Positions 57,418 through 64,000 of a stretch of DNA of 64,000 nucleotides are shown piece after piece (the stretch's first letter is position 1; the number at the start of each line of letters is the position of its first letter). Location: NCBI GenBank assembly GCA_964441495.1, contig CAYTXV010000001.1, positions 58,851 through 122,850 of the forward strand, given 5' to 3'. Source of the DNA: an uncultured Candidatus Saccharibacteria bacterium. GTDB lineage: Bacteria > Patescibacteriota > Minisyncoccia > Phycocordibacterales > UBA9973. The translations under genes and the position numbers were made by a program. A model generated the notes under the pieces. The model did not search any database, had not been told where the DNA came from, and was given only the letters and a program-made list of their open reading frames with translations.

Positions 57418-59673
57418 CTACTTCGCCACCTTTACCGCCTCATCAAACTTGATCGAGAGAAGTTTGGACGCACCGTCAGAACCGAGCGTGACACCATAGA
57501 GGACATTGGCGCGAGACATCGTCTCACGGTTGTGAGTGACGACGATGAGCTGTGAGTACTCACTGAGGCGCTCGACCATCTCCCCATAGCGACGAGAGTT
57601 TGCTTCATCGAGTGCTGCATCAGTCTCGTCAAGCACGAGAAATGGTGGTGGATTGACCTGACTGATCGCAAAGAGAAGTGCAATAGAAACAAGTGAGCGT
57701 TCGCCTCCTGAGAGCATGGTGAGCTCTTTTACTTTCTTTTCGGGGAGACTCACATGTACCTCGATACCACGCTCCATAAATCGCTCGTCTGTTTGTTCAT
57801 CTTCTTGTATATCGAGCTCAAGGTCTTCTTCACCCTTTTTCTTGCGACGCTTTTCTGTAGTGATCGAGAGGAATGCACCTCCTCCACCAAACATGGTTTT
57901 GAAGAACTCGCTGAATCGTTCGTTGATGATCGCAACACCGCTTGTAAACTTGTCGTCGAGGACCTTTTTGAGATCGATGATGAGTGTCTCGAGATTGCGG
58001 ATACTACTTTCGATATCGGCAACTTCTCGCAAGAGAAATGCATCACGCTCAACAGCACTCTCGTACTCACTCACGACATCGTGTCCGATACCTGCGTGTT
58101 CATCCAGACGGATCTTGAGTCTATCGATCGTGCGTTTGAGTTCGTGCAGGTTAAGCTCTGGCACTGGAGCTGTTGCGCGAAGTGTGTGGAGAAACTGCGG
58201 ACCAAACAGTATCGCTGCTTCCTTGAGTTCCGTATCAAAGATTTCCTTGCGCGCCATCCAGGTACTGTGGCTTGCCGAGAGGATATGGAGCTCTGCATTG
58301 CACTCAGTGAGCTCCCCCTGCATCTGATACCGTGCTGCCACAGCGCTCTGCTGCGTGCGCACATGATCCTCGCGAGCCTGCTCGAGTGAAGTTATCTCGT
58401 GTAGCACTCTTTGTTCGTCTTGGACGATCGCACCAAGCTCACGCTGTAGATCCTCAAGCTCAAGCGCAATGTCTGCAAGGTTGTTTGCAGGTGCTCCCGT
58501 ATGGGCTCTACTCTCTTGTGGTTGTCGAGCGCGCAGTGAGGCAAGGAGCACCTCAATCGTCTCACGCGCACGTGAGACATCCTCCATTGATTGTGCCTGG
58601 GCAAGTACGTGTACAAAGTGCTCAAGATCGCCGAGGAGCTGCGTGTACTCAGTTGGTGCAAATGTAACACTTGGACCTTCGGGCGCCTTGTGTTCATGGA
58701 CAAGCCTGCGCTCGACTTCGATCATCCCTTCGAGTCTACCGATGCGATTTTCGATTTGGCGACGTTTGTCTCTGAGTGTGTCGAGTACCTTGCGTGCAGC
58801 GACGATAGACTGTGTGTGCTCTCCTGTGACTTCTTGAGGAAGTGATGTGAGCGCCTGCTCGAGATCTGACTTTTTGTGCTGCAATAGTTGTATCGCGCTA
58901 CTGAGACGTGCTTCTTCTTGTTCAAGGAGCATCTTTTCGGTGGCAAGGTATTGTACGAGGACACCTTCGAGTTCGGTCCGGATTGATTTACCCTTTTCTA
59001 TCTTTTCAACCTGCTTTTTGAGGAAAGTAAGATGCGGCGCAAGTTCGCGGCGAAGCGACTGGACTTCTTTGAGCGTATCAGCGCTTTTGATGAGTTTAGA
59101 TTCGGTTTCTTTGATGCGGTAGTGATAGATCTTGAGCCCGAGCGCTTCTTCGAGCATCTCGCGTCGCTCGCGCGGGTTGACGCGCAAGATACTGTCAGCT
59201 TCACCCTGAGAGATAATGTGGTGACTCGATGCGCCAATGTTGACCGACGAGAGGAGCTCGATCATTGTCTTGAGTCTGATCTCAGTACCATTCATGAGGT
59301 ACTTACTTGTCCCATCAGCAAAGAGTTCTCGGGTAAATGTAATCGTATCGAACAGTACCGGAGAATGTTCACCAGACTCACCTTCACGAAGCGGAAAGGC
59401 AAACACGTTGTCACGATTGTCAAACGTGATAGAGACTGATGCACGTGCAAGCTTGGCTGCACCGTTTGACCCACGGAAGATGAGATCGGCACCAGTTTTG
59501 CCGCGCATGCTTTTCATTGATTGCTCCCCAAGCACAAAGCGAAACGCTTCAACCACGTTTGATTTACCCGAACCGTTGGGTCCGACGACTGCGGTTACTG
59601 GGGCAGTAAACGCAAGACTACTCTTTTTTGCAAATGATTTGAATCCGACAATCTCGATGTGCTGGAGACGCAT
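57418..59673 (-). CDS. smc: SMC-like chromosome segregation ATPase (short, 751 aa)
   Basis: Walker A GPNGSGKSN, long coiled coil, C-terminal LSGGERSL signature and VLDETDAALD Walker B; rnc-smc gene order. Confidence 0.7.
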   Translation of the reverse strand: MRLQHIEIVGFKSFAKKSSLAFTAPVTAVVGPNGSGKSNVVEAFRFVLGEQSMKSMRGKTGADLIFRGSNGAAKLARASVSITFDNRDNVFAFPLREGESGEHSPVLFDTITFTRELFADGTSKYLMNGTEIRLKTMIELLSSVNIGASSHHIISQGEADSILRVNPRERREMLEEALGLKIYHYRIKETESKLIKSADTLKEVQSLRRELAPHLTFLKKQVEKIEKGKSIRTELEGVLVQYLATEKMLLEQEEARLSSAIQLLQHKKSDLEQALTSLPQEVTGEHTQSIVAARKVLDTLRDKRRQIENRIGRLEGMIEVERRLVHEHKAPEGPSVTFAPTEYTQLLGDLEHFVHVLAQAQSMEDVSRARETIEVLLASLRARQPQESRAHTGAPANNLADIALELEDLQRELGAIVQDEQRVLHEITSLEQAREDHVRTQQSAVAARYQMQGELTECNAELHILSASHSTWMARKEIFDTELKEAAILFGPQFLHTLRATAPVPELNLHELKRTIDRLKIRLDEHAGIGHDVVSEYESAVERDAFLLREVADIESSIRNLETLIIDLKKVLDDKFTSGVAIINERFSEFFKTMFGGGGAFLSITTEKRRKKKGEEDLELDIQEDEQTDERFMERGIEVHVSLPEKKVKELTMLSGGERSLVSIALLFAISQVNPPPFLVLDETDAALDEANSRRYGEMVERLSEYSQLIVVTHNRETMSRANVLYGVTLGSDGASKLLSIKFDEAVKVAK

Positions 59674-59755
59674 GATTGTACAAGTATACCACCTTGGACA
59701 AATAAAAAAGCGTCCACTTATCGTGAACGCTTAGACATTTTCTACTGCTTTACTG

Positions 59756-60244
59756 TTACCGCTGATTGAAGACAGTTTGGATTCCCCTTTGAATCATTTG
59801 AGTCGCTGCACCTATCATCATCTGACCGGTTGGTGAATTAGCGATATTTCTGAGGGTTTCTTTATTCTTGGCCTTTTTTTCAGTGGCCGCGTACGGACTA
59901 CTGTATTTAGCAACAAAGGCATGCTCTGTTACGGAATAAAAATACTTTCCTCCGTAGGAAAGCATAAGCTCTCCTTTTACTGGAGCATGAACATCAGGCC
60001 TACGATCAGCGTAGTAGTATGTATACCACCGGTCTGATTTGTACTTTTTTATCCTCTCGTACTTCATATTTTGAAGCACGATTTCGGGTACAGTATGGCA
60101 GAGACTTTTGATCGTCTGCAGTCCAGATTCGGACATGAGGTTCGTACTGTCGATAGTACTTAACCTGAACATCCCAGGTTGGGCGTACAATCGCGTAGAA
60201 ATAATCAAAATCAAAGCAAAACAAACGACAAGGAACTTTTTCAT
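59756..60244 (-). CDS. secreted hypothetical protein
   Basis: Signal peptide MKKFLVVCFALILIISTRLYA. Confidence 0.4.
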   Translation of the reverse strand: MKKFLVVCFALILIISTRLYAQPGMFRLSTIDSTNLMSESGLQTIKSLCHTVPEIVLQNMKYERIKKYKSDRWYTYYYADRRPDVHAPVKGELMLSYGGKYFYSVTEHAFVAKYSSPYAATEKKAKNKETLRNIANSPTGQMMIGAATQMIQRGIQTVFNQR

Positions 60245-60316
60245 TACAAAATGGTTTATGGTTACTGTAATTATTTTCTAAACACATTATACACCATTTG
60301 TATAAAAAAGTCAAGC

Positions 60317-61015
60317 CTATTTCCACCCTTTGATTTCAAGGGCGTTTTGGGCTGCTGCCTGCTCTGCCTCCTGTTTACTTCTCCCCTTTCCTTCTGCGAT
60401 TTTCTTCTCTCCAAAGAATATGCCGATGGTGAAGTTTTTGTCATGATCAGGACCAGTCTCTGCGACGACTTTGTATGACGGGGTCACGCCGACACGATCT
60501 TGCGCTTCCTCTTGGATGCGACTCTTAGGATCTTTCCATGACTTGTTTTTGATGATGTCGTCGAGTTTGACGAGAAGTGTTTGCTTCACAAACGTATCAC
60601 ACACATCGTACCCCTGATCAAGATAGAGTGCGCCCACAAATGATTCGTACGTGTTGGCAAGGATTGTCTGACGTGCACGTCCGGTGTCTTTTTGTTCGCC
60701 TTTTGAAAGGAGGAGATAGTCGTTCATTCCAAGCGCACCTGCAACTTCACCCATGATGACTGCGTTGACTAGTGCCGATCGGTACGCGGTGAGGTCACCC
60801 TCGTGGTTGGTCGGGTAGTTGCGAAACAGATAATCTGTCACCACAAGTTCGATAACCGCATCTCCGAGAAACTCGAGTCGCTCGTTGTGCTCAAGTCCAC
60901 TCTTGGGATTTTCGTTGATGTATGACCGATGGATAAATGCGTGCTTGAGGATATCTTTGTTGGTAAACGTGATGCCGAGAGATTGTTCAAATGGCGCAAA
61001 GTCTTTTTCTTTCAT
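60317..61015 (-). CDS. rnc: ribonuclease III
   Basis: ERLEFLGDAV RNase III signature and a C-terminal dsRBD. Confidence 0.9.
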   Translation of the reverse strand: MKEKDFAPFEQSLGITFTNKDILKHAFIHRSYINENPKSGLEHNERLEFLGDAVIELVVTDYLFRNYPTNHEGDLTAYRSALVNAVIMGEVAGALGMNDYLLLSKGEQKDTGRARQTILANTYESFVGALYLDQGYDVCDTFVKQTLLVKLDDIIKNKSWKDPKSRIQEEAQDRVGVTPSYKVVAETGPDHDKNFTIGIFFGEKKIAEGKGRSKQEAEQAAAQNALEIKGWK

Positions 61016-61077
61016 AATAAAATACGGTTAGATAAATTGGAGATTATCGACTAGTATCCTAGTCTACAATCTGCAAC

Positions 61078-61998
61078 TTACTTGCTAGTAATCTTTTCAA
61101 TCGCTTTTGCGATTAGCGGCAATATATCATCGTAGATAGTTAAGTCAACTACCTCGTGTAGCTGAAACCATTGCGCTTTGTCGAGTCCGCCGTTGGTGTG
61201 TAGATCGAGTTCTTGGTATGGTGCTGACGCGAGATAAAACACAACCTTTTTGAGAAGCTTCCCCTTTTCTGGATGAGATGCGACGTACTCGATCGCACCG
61301 AGCTCTGGACCGAGTTCAACTGTGATGCCGAGTTTTTCTTCTATCTCACGTTTTGCAGTTTGCTCAATTATCTCACCGTCCTCCATGCCACCCTTGGGGA
61401 GTGTCCAGTACCCGAACACATCGTGTACAAGTGCGACATAGTCCGCACCCTCATGACGTGCGTGCACGATACCACCACCTTTTGCTTCCACAGGAAGCTT
61501 GGAGATATCGATCGGTTCTTCTGGTTCTTTGGATTTTGGAGCGCGAGGCTTGCTTGTTTGTTCTTTGCCCGGCTCGCCGATTTCTTTGTACACCGCACCG
61601 AGCACGCCGTTTACAAACTTGCCTGAGTTCTCACCACCAAACGTCTTGGCAAGCTCAATCGCTTCATTGATGGCAACCTTGGGAGGAACCTGTTCTCGAT
61701 CACCAAAGAGAAGCTCTGCGAGCCCCATGCGCAAGATGTTGCGATCAACGTTTGAGATCTTTTCAAGAGGCCACTCTGGAGCAGCTTTGGTGAGGATGTC
61801 GTCGATGATGGTGAGTTTGCGCTGTACGAGCTCTGCAAGTGTATAGATAAATGCCTGATCACTGTGTCCTGGTGCAAACTCAGCAGTGTCGCGATCGATG
61901 ATCGCTTTCAAATCCTCGGGTTTACCCATAAAGTCCCACTCAAAGAGTGCTTGGAGAACTATTGATCGTGAAAGGTGCCGGTTTGCCATAAAGAACAA
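61078..61998 (-). CDS. nusB: NusB (N-terminal) fused to a NUDIX hydrolase domain (C-terminal)
   Basis: The N-terminal ~140 aa match NusB (PPKVAINEAIELAKTFGGENSGKFVNGVLG). A linker follows, then GGMEDGEIIEQTAKREIEEKLGI, a NUDIX box variant. Confidence 0.75.
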   Translation of the reverse strand: MFFMANRHLSRSIVLQALFEWDFMGKPEDLKAIIDRDTAEFAPGHSDQAFIYTLAELVQRKLTIIDDILTKAAPEWPLEKISNVDRNILRMGLAELLFGDREQVPPKVAINEAIELAKTFGGENSGKFVNGVLGAVYKEIGEPGKEQTSKPRAPKSKEPEEPIDISKLPVEAKGGGIVHARHEGADYVALVHDVFGYWTLPKGGMEDGEIIEQTAKREIEEKLGITVELGPELGAIEYVASHPEKGKLLKKVVFYLASAPYQELDLHTNGGLDKAQWFQLHEVVDLTIYDDILPLIAKAIEKITSK

Positions 61999-62010
61999 GA
62001 TGTTAGATGA

Positions 62011-62217
62011 TTATTTCTTTGCTTTCTTTTGCTTTTTGACGACTTTTTTGACCTGGTCCTTGCTTACTGAGCGGCCTTTGTACATACCATCAAGTGTTGC
62101 CTTGTGGCGGATGTGCGGAGTGCCTGCCGTGTCTGTAGAGAGGGCAAGTGGTTTGAGCGCGTGATGTGAACGGCGATTTGCCGTATGCGCGCGGGTGTGT
62201 CTCATTCGTACTACCAT
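62011..62217 (-). CDS. rpmF: 50S ribosomal protein L32
   Basis: MVVRMRHTRAHTANRRSHHAL... is a typical bL32. Confidence 0.85.
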   Translation of the reverse strand: MVVRMRHTRAHTANRRSHHALKPLALSTDTAGTPHIRHKATLDGMYKGRSVSKDQVKKVVKKQKKAKK

Positions 62218-62366
62218 AGTGACTCTACTATACCCTAACGGCTCAAAAAAGTAAACAAGCTCTCATGTTTCCATCCTAAAGAAAGAGTTTCTATTGACAA
62301 ATAGAAATATATTTGTTATAATAGAAATAAATACGATATTGTATTTTTACACAAAAAACATGAAAA

Positions 62367-62900
62367 ATGGTACGCAATGCAACTCAGCCAAAAATCCTTC
62401 AGAAAATTGATGAGGGAGATGCTGCAAACTTACGTGTAGGAGATAATATTTCAGTTTCAATTGCAATGTTTGCAATAAGAATCAATGAAAAAGGTTCTGC
62501 GGAAATGCTGCTTATAAGCGAATATAGCATGTTCAATTCCGACAATACCTGGAAAGCCCCTGCAGGCAAAATGCTCGCTGGTGAAAAATGGTTAGATACT
62601 GTTAAAAGAAAGTTTCCGCTAGAAACTGGTCTCGTAGCCCATTCAGCAAAATTTTGCTTCGGTGCTGAGTTCAGCTCAACACGCAAAGAGAGGCATTACA
62701 AAATCTCTGTTCTTATTGCAAATTTTGATGGCCAACTTTCTACTGACACTGACGGAAAAATCTCAAAAAGAAACTGGTTACCGATAGATGAAGTGGAAAA
62801 GAAGATCAACACGGCACAGCAATACGCTCTTCCCTATGTGATCGAGGAGGCAAAGACAATCGGTAAAGAATTCGCCATTGCATTGATGAATAATTTTTAA
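62367..62900 (+). CDS. hypothetical protein (AT-rich region)
   Basis: 177 aa; no family recognised. Confidence 0.35.
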   Translation: MVRNATQPKILQKIDEGDAANLRVGDNISVSIAMFAIRINEKGSAEMLLISEYSMFNSDNTWKAPAGKMLAGEKWLDTVKRKFPLETGLVAHSAKFCFGAEFSSTRKERHYKISVLIANFDGQLSTDTDGKISKRNWLPIDEVEKKINTAQQYALPYVIEEAKTIGKEFAIALMNNF

Positions 62901-62995
62901 AGAATCCATAGCTCGTTATTTGACCTATTTATATGTTGAATAACGAGCTATTTTTTATCTTTTATAAGCTTAAAAAGAATGCTATAGTCTGTTCT

Positions 62996-64000
62996 ATGAC
63001 CCCCGAACAACTCGCAAACCAACGACACTCTCTGGCGCACCTACTCGGCGCTGCAGTTATGGAGCTCTACCCTGACGCACAGCTCACCCTTGGGCCTTCA
63101 GTAGACGACGGTTTCTACTATGATGTCAAGTTTTCTACACCTGTCGGAGCTGATGATATGCCCAAGATAGAGGCAAAAATGCGACAGCTCCTGCCTACCT
63201 GGAAAACAGTCACACACAAAGAGGTTTCCAAAGAAGAAGCACTCACCTATTACAAAGGAAATGAGTTCAAAACAGAGCTCATCAATGAGATAGTAGATCG
63301 CGGTGAATCAATCACGCTCTATACTATGGGAGCATTTACTGATCTGTGCCGTGGTGGACACATCGACGATCTCTCGACTATAGATCCTGAGTCTTTCAAA
63401 CTTGATCGTATCGCTGGTGCATACTGGCGTGGCAATGAGGCAAACCCGATGCTCACGCGCATCTACGGACTCGCATTTGCAACCAAAGAAGAGCTTGCTA
63501 CATACCTTGAGAACCGTACTGAAGCTGAGAAACGCGACCACCGCAAACTCGGCAAAGAACTTTCTATCTTTGCATTTGATGAGATGGTAGGTGGTGGACT
63601 TCCTCTATGGCTTCCCAATGGTGCTGCCATGATCGAAGAGCTCGAAAAGCTCGCCAAAGAATCAGAGTTTGCCCAAGAGTACAGTCGTGTCCGCACACCA
63701 CACCTTGCCAAAGAATCCATGTACCTAACCTCGGGACACCTCCCCTACTACGAAGACTCAATGTACCCTCCGATGGAGTACGAAGGTGGCAAATACTATC
63801 TCAAGGCAATGAACTGCCCGCACCACCACAAGATCTTTGCGGCCGAGCCCAAGAGCTATCGCGATCTCCCGCTTCGCCTGGCTGAGTACGGCACCTGTTA
63901 CCGCCACGAAAAAAGTGGTGAACTCTTTGGACTCATGCGAGTCCGATCACTCCAGATGAACGATGCGCACATCTACTGTAGTGAAGAGCAGTTTGCAGAA
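62996..64000 (+). CDS. thrS: threonyl-tRNA synthetase, N-terminal 335 codons (no TGS domain); continues past window end
   Basis: MTPEQLANQRHSLAHLLGAAV...class II motifs, and the editing-domain HxxxH is replaced by the second additional domain layout. Not in the ORF track because the 3' end is open. Confidence 0.9.
   Translation, partial: MTPEQLANQRHSLAHLLGAAVMELYPDAQLTLGPSVDDGFYYDVKFSTPVGADDMPKIEAKMRQLLPTWKTVTHKEVSKEEALTYYKGNEFKTELINEIVDRGESITLYTMGAFTDLCRGGHIDDLSTIDPESFKLDRIAGAYWRGNEANPMLTRIYGLAFATKEELATYLENRTEAEKRDHRKLGKELSIFAFDEMVGGGLPLWLPNGAAMIEELEKLAKESEFAQEYSRVRTPHLAKESMYLTSGHLPYYEDSMYPPMEYEGGKYYLKAMNCPHHHKIFAAEPKSYRDLPLRLAEYGTCYRHEKSGELFGLMRVRSLQMNDAHIYCSEEQFAE

Overview
This 64 kb window looks like a compact chromosome segment from a Candidate Phyla Radiation / Patescibacteria (Saccharibacteria-like) bacterium. 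It is roughly 48% GC with small, tightly packed genes. UGA is used as a stop codon and RF2 is present, which argues against the SR1/Gracilibacteria recoding.

Most of the window is housekeeping. These genes are rpoB (3'-partial), trmD, khpA, rpsP, rnr, secG, rnj, ftsEX, prfB, typA, a DEAD-box helicase, dacA, gatCA, ligA, murF, smc, rnc, rpmF and thrS (partial). A complete type IV pilus / competence locus is also present: pilM-N-O, pilB, a response regulator, pilT, pilC, three tandem pilA paralogs, pilD, four minor pilins and a divergent comFC.

The accessory content is the interesting part. It comprises five items:
1. An approximately 8 kb decayed integrative island (15.6-23.7 kb) abutting the 3' end of tRNA-Gln. 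It is bounded by two C-terminal remnants of a large serine recombinase. It carries a csoR-copA-HMA permease-cupredoxin copper resistance operon with a recognisable CsoR operator, plus a three-gene phosphoesterase operon whose DHH protein has lost its catalytic motifs.
2. A tRNA-Thr(GGU) gene interrupted in the anticodon loop by a ~178-nt group I-like intron. A free-standing HTH/LAGLIDADG-like ORF sits immediately upstream, next to an AT-rich SF2 helicase with three tandem ~55-aa C-terminal repeats.
3. A GIY-YIG (UPF0213-type) gene inserted at tRNA-Gln, flanked by direct repeats of the tRNA 5' half. One repeat copy carries a GC-rich palindrome that reappears upstream of tRNA-Thr(CGU).
4. A duplicated divergent-promoter / terminator / typA-3'-tail module surrounding a frameshifted nucleotidyltransferase gene.
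5. A NusB-NUDIX fusion gene.

A candidate promoter- and terminator-bounded small RNA occupies the slot where rimM normally sits in the rpsP-khpA-trmD cluster. Several AT-rich patches coincide with the suspected foreign DNA.

All calls rest on reading the sequence and ORF translations by eye; no database searches were run.
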